Assembly: GCA_009859145.1 (NCBI GenBank)
Contig: VRVR01000026.1
Span: 62,001 to 126,000 of the forward strand
Source: Andalucia godoyi And28
Taxonomy: Eukaryota; Protista; Jakobida
Length of the DNA stretch: 64,000 bases
Reading direction: 5' to 3'
In this document: in pieces, positions 44,052 to 56,412 of the stretch
Layout: every line of letters starts with the position of its first letter
Position numbering within the stretch: position 1 is the first letter of the stretch
Translations under genes and position numbers: made by a program
Notes under the pieces: generated by a model
The model's input: only the letters and a program-made list of their open reading frames with translations
What the model was told of the DNA's origin: nothing
Database searches by the model: none

Positions 44052-44975
44052 ATGTCGGTGACCACCACGCAAGCGCTTGTGTCGGTTCTTGCACTCACAT
44101 TGTGCGTTGCGGTTGCAAATGCCTCGATTCCTTCAAGATATGCAAACAAATTGCTTGCCGTTGTCTATGATCCGGAGCATCTGATGAATGGCGCCGTTGT
44201 TCTTGTGGATCCCTTGACGGGGAAGTCTGAGCAGCTGGCTATGTACGCCGAGAGTGTGGACATTCTCGAGTCTGCACTGGATCTGAAGAGTGGAATCTAT
44301 CACATGATTTCGTCGGATGGCGATGCTGTGTTTTCCGAAATGTTCAATCTGACGACTGGGTATCTCGCTGGAAGACTGCCCATCAGCGGAAGCCCAATGA
44401 ATGTTGTGTTTGATGACAAATTAGAGAAAATGTATGGCCTTGATTCGACGCCGGATTCCATCTTTATGGCCCAAGTCGATCTCAGTGGGATGGAGACGCA
44501 CGTTGCATCGCTCAAGTCGGTCATTGGACTTTACGGAGATGTGCAAGCCTACGACCCGGTGCACCACACGTACTATTTTATTGGCGACGATTTGAACAAT
44601 GCGCCGTGCCTTCTTGGAGTGAACGTGGCTGCCGGAAAAGTGGTTTCGAATGTGTCGATTGCGGACACGCCCTCAATGATCTATGACGTGGCGCACAGTC
44701 GATTGGTTGGGCTGAACGGATCCATGGCAGGGGTGCTGAATCCAAAGACAGCTTCTTTTACGCCCCTCCCCGAATCTGAAGTTGTGGAAGGCATCATCGC
44801 ACTGCATAGCATTGACGCATCCAATGGAATCGCCTATGTGGTATTGCAAGACTATGAGAAGCAAAAGATCATTTCAATTGATCTGGAGTCGGGCAAGATC
44901 CTGTCGTCTATCTTCATTGACTTGCAGCTTGCCTATGTTCATTTCATCCCGTCCTCTGCAACAGAGCCGCTGTGA
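44052..44975 (+). CDS. Secreted beta-propeller-like hypothetical protein
   Basis: Signal peptide (ALVSVLALTLCVAVANA) and repeated beta-rich blades (YDPVHHTYYFIG, YDVAHSRLVG, IDASNGIAYVV). Confidence 0.7.
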   Translation: MSVTTTQALVSVLALTLCVAVANASIPSRYANKLLAVVYDPEHLMNGAVVLVDPLTGKSEQLAMYAESVDILESALDLKSGIYHMISSDGDAVFSEMFNLTTGYLAGRLPISGSPMNVVFDDKLEKMYGLDSTPDSIFMAQVDLSGMETHVASLKSVIGLYGDVQAYDPVHHTYYFIGDDLNNAPCLLGVNVAAGKVVSNVSIADTPSMIYDVAHSRLVGLNGSMAGVLNPKTASFTPLPESEVVEGIIALHSIDASNGIAYVVLQDYEKQKIISIDLESGKILSSIFIDLQLAYVHFIPSSATEPL

Positions 44976-45277
44976 ATGGCATCCATGTGTTCCACCGATC
45001 AGTGCAACAGACTATCATTCTGATCAAAATGTAAAATGAAATATAAACGTGGGAGAAAAGCAGTCATGAAAAGCAAACTTCCTACCATACACATTTTACC
45101 TTCATATTATCTATTTTTAAAAATAAAAAATAATAAAAAGAAAAGAAGGGGAAGAAAACAAAAACAAAAACAAAAGAAAACAGGAAAGCAAACAGAAGAA
45201 GGTGGTCAATTACAAACCGTGGATTTCCATAATAATCCAGCAGAGAACGAACTCTCGCGTCACGTAGCTGCGGTGGC

Positions 45278-48001
45278 TCACTTGGCAGGAACCGCCGGTG
45301 TAATTTGTTCGTCTCGGACAAGCTCCAGGAACACATCTTCCAAACTGGTGTTAGAGACACCCCAGTCCTTGACACCCGACGTTTCCTTACGTGATTCCAT
45401 TTCTGCGAAAAGATTGGACAGTAAAATGTCTTTCCGAGGAACTTCAAACGTTGCAGTGCCGGCGAACTGAGACACAATCTGGGAAGTTGGTGCAATCTCC
45501 TTCATCATGCTGATTACGCGACCTGCATCACTTTCATCAAATGACGTGGAGATGCGGTACCCTTGACCAAACTTGTTCTTCAAATGCAGCTGCGTTCCCA
45601 GGCACTTCAGGCGGCCAAGCGACATGATTCCAATGCGATCAGACAGCGTCTCGGCCTCGTCCATGGCGTGCGTGGTCAGCAGGATGCAACGCCCCTTCTT
45701 TGCAGACGCAATAATGTCCCACAAATGGCGGCGTGTCGTCGGATCAAGCCCCGTCGTCGGTTCATCCAGCACAATCACACGGGGATCGCCGACCAGCGAA
45801 ATCGCAATCGACAAACGACGCTTCATGCCTCCAGATAATGTTTTCGAAGGTCGGTTTCCAATGTCTCCGGCAAGCCCAACTCTCTTCAACACATCTTCCA
45901 CATGTGCTTGCTCATCTCGGATACCGATCCCCTTCAGGCGAGCGTAAAATAAAAGATGATCCTTTGGCGACAGGTCTTCCCAAATGGTATCAAACTGCGG
46001 GCAAACACCCATGTTGAGATGGATGCGGTCCCGCTGCGTCGCAACGTCGAATCCACAAACATACACAGAGCCGCTGGTGGGAGGATACAATCCGGTCAGA
46101 ATGGAGATGGTTGTTGACTTGCCCGCTCCGTTCGGTCCAAGAAGTGAGAAACACTCGCCTTGCTTCATCGCCAAACAGAGGTCTTTCACAGCAAGCTTCA
46201 GACCTGCGTTGGTCTTGTACATCTTTCGCAAATTCTTAATAAAAATGGCGCGCTCGTCAGGCTGAATGGAACCTCGCTCAATCAGAGAGCGTTCTTCCTG
46301 AACATCATGATCTTCTACCTCTTCCGCAGCCTCGGCAGCCTCTTCTTCTTGTGCGATAACACCCGACATTGTGGACGGAGCAGGGGACATCAACGATGTC
46401 CGCTCGGACTTTGATTGCTTGGAGCTGGCAGCCAGTGCAGCATACCGCTTCTTCTCATTGAATCGCGGGAAACAGAACAACGGGTGCTTGCGAACTCCGT
46501 ACTGGGAGGGAAGAACTAGATCAAGATAAAGACCAAGAGCGAGGTAGAATACGATGTCGAAAATCAACCATCCCACAGCTTGCACCCAGGGATCCGTGGA
46601 CGTGATGTCCGACAATCCAAGGCAGCGATAACTTGAGCATCGCTCCAGCAAATGGATCAATCCGTGGCAAAACGCAAAGAAGGGATACATCATGTAGAAG
46701 AACGGACGCTGATTCGTGTCTTGGAAAACGAACAATTCAAGGATTGGGGCTGCAATTCCCGTGACAAGCACCAATGCATATCCAAGAATCGTGGCGGTAT
46801 TTCCACGTCCAAGAAAAGTGGACATGAAAATGGCCCACACAACCAAGGCGACTCCCCACAAAAAGTACAAAAACAAGTACAGGAATGGATTCGTGTTCAA
46901 CACAAATTTGAACTGAAATACCGCACACATGACGAAAAAGATGCAGGTGGAGATGAAATACATGCCGTAATCGAAGACGAAGGTCATGAACCAGTAATGT
47001 CTCATTTTCATTCCGTTCATCTTTGCAAACTCGCGAAGGCGCTCTTGCTTCTCAATAACAATCAAGAACAGGAAAACGGGAAACAAAAAGTACGCAATCA
47101 GTGGAAAGAAGAAAGAACCCAAGATCGAGTCGATGGCGATGGACATCTTCGTGTACTTCAGCGGCATGGCTTGGGCGTATGTGGTGATGGACACTCCCGA
47201 GGTGCTTTGGAGGAATGACGAATGAAGAGCATTCACCGACGACATTCCTTCAATCACTGCGCATGGATCTCCAATCAATGGCGATCCAAAACCGTTCAGT
47301 CCACCGGGATCGCTCATTCCCGTTTGCTGCTTTGAGTTGTCTTGGCAGTATCTCAGCTTTGTGTTGTTGTTCACAAAAACATCATGCACAAAACTGGAGG
47401 CTAGAGAAGCAGACGTCTGTCCTGGAGCGACAAACACGGATGAAACCGGGATTGCAGAAATCTTTGGTGCGTCGCGCTTCTGCTGGCCAAACAAGTTCGG
47501 GGACCCTTGTGCAGCTTGAACAGCCTGGAACAGCACGGCATCAATGTCCTCCAGTGTCGAAACATTTGTGTACGTTGGGAAGGAATACACGGAGGTGTTC
47601 GCAAAGATGGAGGGTATTTGACCGAGAATTCCAGACCCGGTGCCATTGACCAACGTTCCCACGAGAGACGCATCCGTGTACAAGATAGATGATCCGCCCC
47701 AGAACCCATTTGCAAACGTATTCAAGGCAACTGTCGTGATGGTTGTCTTATCACCAAGACCTGATGTTGTCGCATTAATCAACAGCTGGAGCGCAAATAT
47801 CATCAAAACACCAGTTACGGGACAGCAGATCTGGCAGCAATTCGACTTTTTCTGTCTCTTCTGAAGAGTCAGAGTCTTCCGAACAAGCGCCCTGTACGGA
47901 TGTGATTTCCTCGAAAGCGGGGAGAGGTTCACTCCTCCCTCCAAGCCATCGGAATACATCATTCCGGGAGAAGAAGCAGAAGCAGAAGCAGAAGACGACA
48001 T
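45278..48001 (-). CDS. ABCA-family half transporter
   Basis: IVIEKQERLREFAKMNGM, Walker A GPNGAGKST, GVCPQFD, LSGGMKRRLSIA, LDEPTTGLDP and TTHAMDEA. Confidence 0.95.
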   Translation of the reverse strand: MSSSASASASSPGMMYSDGLEGGVNLSPLSRKSHPYRALVRKTLTLQKRQKKSNCCQICCPVTGVLMIFALQLLINATTSGLGDKTTITTVALNTFANGFWGGSSILYTDASLVGTLVNGTGSGILGQIPSIFANTSVYSFPTYTNVSTLEDIDAVLFQAVQAAQGSPNLFGQQKRDAPKISAIPVSSVFVAPGQTSASLASSFVHDVFVNNNTKLRYCQDNSKQQTGMSDPGGLNGFGSPLIGDPCAVIEGMSSVNALHSSFLQSTSGVSITTYAQAMPLKYTKMSIAIDSILGSFFFPLIAYFLFPVFLFLIVIEKQERLREFAKMNGMKMRHYWFMTFVFDYGMYFISTCIFFVMCAVFQFKFVLNTNPFLYLFLYFLWGVALVVWAIFMSTFLGRGNTATILGYALVLVTGIAAPILELFVFQDTNQRPFFYMMYPFFAFCHGLIHLLERCSSYRCLGLSDITSTDPWVQAVGWLIFDIVFYLALGLYLDLVLPSQYGVRKHPLFCFPRFNEKKRYAALAASSKQSKSERTSLMSPAPSTMSGVIAQEEEAAEAAEEVEDHDVQEERSLIERGSIQPDERAIFIKNLRKMYKTNAGLKLAVKDLCLAMKQGECFSLLGPNGAGKSTTISILTGLYPPTSGSVYVCGFDVATQRDRIHLNMGVCPQFDTIWEDLSPKDHLLFYARLKGIGIRDEQAHVEDVLKRVGLAGDIGNRPSKTLSGGMKRRLSIAISLVGDPRVIVLDEPTTGLDPTTRRHLWDIIASAKKGRCILLTTHAMDEAETLSDRIGIMSLGRLKCLGTQLHLKNKFGQGYRISTSFDESDAGRVISMMKEIAPTSQIVSQFAGTATFEVPRKDILLSNLFAEMESRKETSGVKDWGVSNTSLEDVFLELVRDEQITPAVPAK

Positions 48002-48145
48002 GTCTTTTTCTATTCGGCAATCCTTCAAAATCCACTACCCCAAAAGAACACACACACACAAAAGGAGATATATGCCAACTTTTGAAAGAAGGCAGATGGA
48101 GGAGGCGAGTAAGTGAGTGCGAAAGATGAAGAACAGAGAACGGAA

Positions 48146-48176
<31 letters not shown>

Positions 48177-48485
48177 GCCAAAAGAAAAGAAAAAAGAAAA
48201 AGAAGAAGGAAACGCAATATGAATTTCAGGAAAACCAAGCATGCTAATGCGGATCCGGACTCGGCCGCACAAGCGGCAAACTGGAATGCGGTACAGTCAG
48301 CAGGAAAAATGTGTTTTCGGGTCTTTTTTGGCTCTCGGGCGTCGGGACCCAGGGGAGCGTCGGCAATTTTGCCAAAATTGTGCCATCGGGAAAACGTCTG
48401 GAGAAGAAGAGAACAATAAACACAAAACACAAACGCCTCGGGACAAACAAGAGAAACAGCACGAGCTGAATTGAGAGGAGAAGCC

Positions 48486-49820
48486 ATGTCGGTCCAGGCA
48501 CTTCCGGTTGACCATGGATGTGTTGAGCATCCAGTTTCGATCTATGCATTGTCAGAGAGCGACAAGAAAGATCAATATGATGGACGAGTGTTCCCACCTT
48601 TGGAAAATGCAACCTCGGATATTCGACCTCCTCGAAAGCTCGACCGCAGCCCTTCGTTTCCCGAACCTGTCAACGGAGCTCAAGTTCTGGAAGACTCGCT
48701 TATGATGGTGCAAATCGCACACCCAGAAGCGATGCAGTGCAGAATCCCGAATTCTGTGGACAGTTTCTTGCAGACCGTTACGATCCAGTTTATGGCTGTG
48801 AATGTTTCTGACGAGTTCATGGTTGTGGAAGGCATTGAAGTAACAAATTCGAGTGTTTTAGTGTGGTATTTGACAGATGGAGATCGCCATGCCGAGGATC
48901 CGGCCTTGGATGTTGGTATCACTTGGGTGCTTCCTCCAAAATCTTCCGTCCCTTGCTCGGTTGCTTTTCACTTCTTGGTTCCTGGGTTACCTGGACAGAC
49001 ATCAAGGCTTGCCAAGCGCATCTCACGAGCGTTACCGACTCCGCTGAACATTACGTTTCGACTCCAGCTGCGAACCCGTGCCTCTTCTGGATTGCAATGC
49101 AAGGTTTCGCCGAGTCTGAAAGTGAGGTGTGAGAATCAGCCGCTGGGTCTTCCGACGCTTGAATCTCTCTTTCCTGCACAGGCGGATCGAGACACTGTGT
49201 TTGGATGGAGTTTCTGCGATAATCTACGGACATTGGAAAGAGTGTGGATGCACGCTCGGAAGGTTGGGAGACACATTGAGGTCTGCTGTTCTTCTGGACG
49301 GTCATACTCGTTCGCTGTTCCCGACCTTAAAAAGATTGCAGACCGGGCGAGAACTGCTCGGACGACAGAGTACAGTCTGGATGACGTTAACGCGGATGGA
49401 TTTGCAGCGTGGGCGCTCTTCAAGTCTCTCGATGCAGGAGACCTGCTGCCCTATGCTTTGAAGCTCAAGACGAGTACGTCCACGGGCACTGCCACCAACT
49501 TCTTCCGGCTTCCGGAACTCGATGAGACGGGGATTTCAATATCTTTGCGGTCCCCCACAGACGCGTCGGTGCCCATCACCAGCGCACGTCCGTTCTCTAA
49601 AATCACCGTGCAGTGGGACGCCCCGACACTTGAGAGCGGAGATTATATCTCTGTGCACCGGCCGCGATCAGAGAAGAACACCTACGAGTCCTATTTTTAC
49701 GTGGAAACAAAGACGGGGACGAAGGAGATTGCCCTCGACGAAGGAATTTTCGAGTTACGGTACTACGGGTCCGATGACCAGCCTTTTGCTGTCTCGTCCA
49801 GAATTACTGTCACAGACTGA
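48486..49820 (+). CDS. Hypothetical protein with C-terminal SKICH-like Ig domain
   Basis: The C-terminus ITVQW...GDYISVH...YESYFYV...GIFELRYY fits a SKICH-like pattern; the N-terminal part is unassigned. Confidence 0.65.
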   Translation: MSVQALPVDHGCVEHPVSIYALSESDKKDQYDGRVFPPLENATSDIRPPRKLDRSPSFPEPVNGAQVLEDSLMMVQIAHPEAMQCRIPNSVDSFLQTVTIQFMAVNVSDEFMVVEGIEVTNSSVLVWYLTDGDRHAEDPALDVGITWVLPPKSSVPCSVAFHFLVPGLPGQTSRLAKRISRALPTPLNITFRLQLRTRASSGLQCKVSPSLKVRCENQPLGLPTLESLFPAQADRDTVFGWSFCDNLRTLERVWMHARKVGRHIEVCCSSGRSYSFAVPDLKKIADRARTARTTEYSLDDVNADGFAAWALFKSLDAGDLLPYALKLKTSTSTGTATNFFRLPELDETGISISLRSPTDASVPITSARPFSKITVQWDAPTLESGDYISVHRPRSEKNTYESYFYVETKTGTKEIALDEGIFELRYYGSDDQPFAVSSRITVTD

Positions 49821-50260
49821 TCCAATGACGATGATGAGAATGATACTTTGTACCTATGCACGTATGTACTGGTTAATGCCTTTGGCCTTTGATCGTTGAG
49901 TTTCCGATTTTCTCGGTTTGAATAAGGACACTTCCATAAAATTGAATTCAGAGAGTCCGAGATTTCTCCCGTCTGCGTCTTTTTGTTTTTGTTTTTGTTT
50001 GTTTGTTTCATCTTAAACTTCGTTTCTCAAATCCCACCGTTGCCACTTATTGCGATGTGATGAAGCAATCTAAAAGCACACACAAACAAGCACACTGCCA
50101 CGCGCCATGCGCATGCGTTTGTTATCTTGACAACTCCGTCATACGATTCCCGATTCGTTTCGCCTCCCATTTTGATCATGAAATCCCTATAAACACGCCG
50201 CCGCGCTGCTTTCTTGCACAACGACGCTCATTTCTATTTTTATTTTCATTTTTATTGTCC

Positions 50261-50460
50261 ATGCATCGCAGGTTGTGTGGAAACAAGGTGTGCTTTGTTG
50301 CCCATCGTGCAAATGCACGATCGACTGCGATTGGAACGGCGCGCGCAACATCTACATCTATCTAAAGAACGTCTCTCATGCCGAGGGGGGTGTTGGGACC
50401 TACCCCCTTCCCAATCAATGCCATGCATGTTGTTGGGTTGCAACATTGATTATGGGTGAT
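50261..50460 (+). mobile_element. Fanzor2/TnpB 3'-end fragment with putative omegaRNA scaffold
   Basis: MHRRLCGNKV-(2-nt shift)-CPSCKCTIDCDWNGARNIYIYLKN...GGVGTYPL corresponds to the Zn-ribbon and RuvC-III end of TnpB/Fanzor (consensus about LGGxKxFxCxxC...DRDxNGARNI). Two hairpins follow. Confidence 0.75.
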
Positions 50461-50664
50461 CAGCGATGATTATCCGTTGTTAGTGTACAATGTTGGCGCA
50501 GCCTAAAGCCCTTCTCGGCAACTTGTTGGTCGTAGCGTGTCGGCTTCTTGATTTGGGATTCGAGCAGTTCTTTGTTTTGGAGGGAATTTCCGACCGGGTT
50601 TCCCGATTCTCGGCGTTTGAGCTTATTCATTCGGTCTCTGAACTTCCAAAACATTGTGTCCAAG

Positions 50665-51186
50665 ATGGCGCTTCCCCAACGACGAGAAGCCACAATTCGT
50701 AGGTTTTACGATGCGTTTTCGAAACGCGACTGGGCTGGTATGGCAGCATGTTACGAAACTTCGGACGATCTGACATTTGAAGATCCTGCGTTCGGATTGT
50801 TGAAGGGAGATCGAGTAACGATGATGTGGCGCATGCTATGTGAGCGTGCGTCAGATGATTTCTGCCTGGAATACGATCTGGGAAACATCCAAGTCGATGA
50901 CGAAAAGGACTCTGCAGCTGCTCATTGGGAAGCACATTACACATTTTCCTCGACCAAGCGAAAAGTTCACAACATCGTCTCGTCCCATTTCGAGTTTCTG
51001 CCAAACGGAGACAAGATCCTGCACCAGAAGGACTCATTTGATATGTGGGCATGGACAAGACAGGCACTCGGGCTCGTGGGGCTCCTTGCTGGATGGACTC
51101 CGATGCTCAAGTCAAAGGTCCAGTCCGATGCAAACGCAAACCTTGACAAGTTCATCAAACGACTCGCGTCTCCCAGTCCCCAGTAA
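50665..51186 (+). CDS. SnoaL-like/NTF2-family protein of bacterial type
   Basis: IRRFYDAF...GMAACY...FEDPAFGLLKG...MMWRMLCER...AHWEAHYTFS-TKRKVHN...WTRQALGL-GLL-GWTP; intronless. Confidence 0.85.
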   Translation: MALPQRREATIRRFYDAFSKRDWAGMAACYETSDDLTFEDPAFGLLKGDRVTMMWRMLCERASDDFCLEYDLGNIQVDDEKDSAAAHWEAHYTFSSTKRKVHNIVSSHFEFLPNGDKILHQKDSFDMWAWTRQALGLVGLLAGWTPMLKSKVQSDANANLDKFIKRLASPSPQ

Positions 51187-51233
51187 AGACTTCTTTCTTC
51201 ATTGATCTCGATATTACTCCTGCACGCGCGCGC

Positions 51234-51236
<3 letters not shown>

Positions 51237-51315
<79 letters not shown>
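51237..51315. repeat. (TG)n microsatellite
   Basis: Perfect dinucleotide run. Confidence 0.97.
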
Positions 51316-51317
<2 letters not shown>

Positions 51318-51572
51318 ATGGTTGGGTGGGTTGGATGGGTGTTCCGCGTCTGCCCTCCAACCACACCGGCTTATCTTTTTTGTGGCCATTTGGCCAGAGT
51401 TTATTCGCATTGTGCATTCCATGTCCTTCTCCTTCTGGATTGAGCATACTCTGAGAATGTCCAAAGAGGAGAACAACCGGAGAGAAACAGAAGAAACCTC
51501 GAAGCATAATTTAAAACCATCACCATAATAATCATACGTACAAGAGTAAGCAGCGCATAGCAGCAGCATGGG

Positions 51573-52109
51573 CTATGATGGCCCTTCTTTCCACTGCTGT
51601 TTTGTCTTCATGACAGTCAGCAAGTCCACGTAGTCCATTTGTTTCGTCTTGACCGCGCCATTTGTATTGGACATACATCGAATGAAATCGAGCTTGTTGT
51701 TCGGGATAGACAAGAAGTAGTCGTATTCGGACGGGATCTTGAGCACGACATTGGGGTCGTCTGTAAGGGAATTCATGTAGACGGAAGTGACGTTGCGGAC
51801 CGGGATGATCCGTCTGCAATCCAGCGTCTTAGGTTTTAAATTGTATATTGATTGCTGCGTCATCAAGAAAATCCGCGGCTGGACTTTCCCTTTTCGATTG
51901 CGCTTCTCCACCGCAGACGAAAACACAATCGGGGAAGCATCGCCCTTTGAACTCAGCAGCTTCTGAATCGCTGGATTGTTCTTTAGATTTTCATGATCAG
52001 AATTGGTTTCCAGTTCGCTCGACACGTACAATTGTTTTCGTGGAATATCTACAGAATCGCTTGATGACGATGACGATGACGATGCTGAAGTGGACAGTGA
52101 AGAAGACAT
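51573..52109 (-). CDS. Stand-alone myosin-I tail homology 1 (TH1/PH-like) domain protein
   Basis: IVFSSAVEKRNRKGKVQPRIFLMTQQSIYNL...RRIIPV..VTSV...VVLKIPSEYDY. The start is uncertain (ATG 52109, or an upstream exon). Confidence 0.72.
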   Translation of the reverse strand: MSSSLSTSASSSSSSSSDSVDIPRKQLYVSSELETNSDHENLKNNPAIQKLLSSKGDASPIVFSSAVEKRNRKGKVQPRIFLMTQQSIYNLKPKTLDCRRIIPVRNVTSVYMNSLTDDPNVVLKIPSEYDYFLSIPNNKLDFIRCMSNTNGAVKTKQMDYVDLLTVMKTKQQWKEGPS

Positions 52110-52419
52110 TGGACCCGCACAACCCAACAAACAATGAACAGTTATGATAACAATACAGTGACTCAAAAGACAAACGGAATTAACTACCTGTTCGTTTTCG
52201 AACTTCTCCTTGAACGGCACCCTGTCGCAATCTTCAAACCCTTTGTCCATTAGTAATGATGATAATAATGCACCGTATGCCGCTGCATTCGTGATCGTTG
52301 CGTAATATCCGGATCCCAGAATTGCACAAAGTCCAGTTCCCAACTTGCGTTGCATCAATCGATACTAGTGAGACAATGGTTCTCCCACTGTGGCTGGCTC
52401 ACTCAATCATCAGAAATAA

Positions 52420-54394
<1,975 letters not shown>

Positions 54395-54702
54395 CAAGAA
54401 TCCTCCTTCTTCTCCTTTTCCTCCTGTGGCTCTTTTAGTTTATCATTATTTATATCCATCCACTGGCCATTAAAAAAGTTAATAAAAAAATGTATCGCTT
54501 CACCTCTCTCACGCCTACATTATACACTGAACATGCTGCATATCTACGAACAGACATGCATATTCAATCTCGATCAATCGGTGAGCCACCTTCTCAGCGT
54601 GACACGTTGTTCCTGAGAAGGGTGCATTTTTTTGATTCTGACGGCCCTAGCAGCAGGCGCTTTCGTGTCCTCAGTTGCAGCGATTGATGCACCTGGAGAT
54701 AC

Positions 54703-54879
54703 GAGATCGTGTCTTGGAAGTTCGCCTCTTGGCAGTGCGCTGAACGGATGGTAGATGGCTACGCGTAAGCACGAATTCCTGTGTCACAGCAACGTGCTAG
54801 TGTCGGCCAGTATTGACCGTGTCTGTTCATGTGTACTTCCGAATGCATGACAATAACGTGTTATTATTATTCAACGGTG
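54703..54879 (+). repeat. Dispersed repeat copy 2 (177 bp)
   Basis: Near-identical to the reverse complement of 43004-43177. Confidence 0.95.
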
Positions 54880-55130
54880 CTGAATTCGCCAGATCCGAGA
54901 CACTGCTTTTAATCATTTCCCCTCACCTTTTCTGCTATTGCATCAACTACGATCTGCCAATGGAATCTGATCTTGAAGCACATCACTGCTCGTCCCGCAA
55001 ACCAAAAACAGAAAACAAAAAACAACCCAATTTAAATTAATAACATTATTCACATAAAAAAGTTGTGATACAAACGACCAAATCATCATCACTCAATCAG
55101 AAAACACCTGTGAAGTCGAGGATTGCACGC

Positions 55131-56412
55131 ATGTCGTCCGAGTCGCTTGATCTTGAGAAGGCCCTGAATGGCGCTGTGGCTGTTGCCCTTGAAGCCGGAA
55201 AGCTGATCAAGGAAGGATTTTACAAGCCAATTCAGATTCAAACAAAGGTTTGTTATTCTTCCTGCTGTTCTTGTTTCTTGTGTGTGTGTGTGTGTGTGTT
55301 TCATATCTTTCTCGCATTATATCTGTAAGTGTTGTGTTTATTCATTTTCTGATTTCCCCTCTGCCTCTCTTCTTTATTTTGACCTGTGTGTGCGTGTGTG
55401 GTGTGTGGTATTGGGCGTGATTGTTGTAGGATTCTGATGGAACTGATCTGGTGACGGCAACGGATCGAGCTTCAGAAGCTTTGATCTTCAGTTCTCTAGC
55501 CAAGCAGTTTCCACAGACTGCGTTTCTGGGCGAAGAGTCTGCAGAAGGAGATTACTCGGTTATCGAAGCTGCGATTCAGGGCTCGTTTGAAAAGTACACT
55601 TGGGTGATCGATCCTCTCGACGGAACTTCCAACTTTTGCTGCCATTATCCACATTCTGCAGTTTCGATCGGGCTAATCAAGAACGGAAAGCCCTGCTTGG
55701 GCGTTATATACGACCCATTTCGTGAAGACCTGTTCACCGGCTGTGTGGGCAGAGGCTCCTTTCGCAACGGACGACCACTGGCTGTTGATTCGAAGTGTAT
55801 GCATCTGAAGCAAGCACTTGTTTCCACCAATGTTCCTGCAGACCGGTCCGAGGATTCAACCGTATGCGTTTTCCGGCTTTTTTAATTATTTAAATTACTT
55901 TGTGCATTTCATGGTCGAAGCATGTTTCCGTTGGTTTAGAAAACGCAAGAATGCGGAGCAACTAACAGAACCGTAGAGAAAAACCTGCGACCTGATTTCG
56001 CGTCTTATGAGACTGCCGGTGCGTGGCGTCCGAATGCATGCATCGTGCGCTTTGGATTTGTGTTATCTGGCGGCTGGAGAACTTACATGCTACATTGAAG
56101 ATGGCCCATGGCCCTGGGACACTGCTGCTGGTATGTCTCTTCTCTCATACTTCTCTCGCTCCAACATGTCTTTCTTGTGTCAAAGCAAAAAAACCTCTGA
56201 TTGGTCTGTGTTCTCTGTTTTATTCGCATTATTGTTTTGTTTCTTTTGTTTCTGGTGGGTTCGGGATAGGGGCGGTTATTCTTACGGAAGCCGGGGGAGT
56301 GATTTACAGCCTTGACGGGTCCGAGTTCGATGTTGGTAAGCGAGGACTTCTTGCAGGCAACAACGCCGCAGTGTGCCGCGAGCTCTCCGAATGTGCATTC
56401 CCGCGATTTTGA
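55131..56412 (+). CDS. IMPA: Inositol monophosphatase (exons 55131-55247, 55430-55861, 55977-56130, 56270-56412)
   Basis: DLVTATD, FLGEE, WVIDPLDGTSNF and WDTAAGAVILTEAGG are restored by three GT-AG introns; intron 2 has a CTAAC branch point just before CCGTAG. Confidence 0.9.

Noticed and set aside
55931-55940. Alternative acceptor TTTAG in IMPase intron 2
   Set aside because: It shifts the frame and truncates the protein; the acceptor at 55976 has a CTAAC branch point and restores the conserved sequence.
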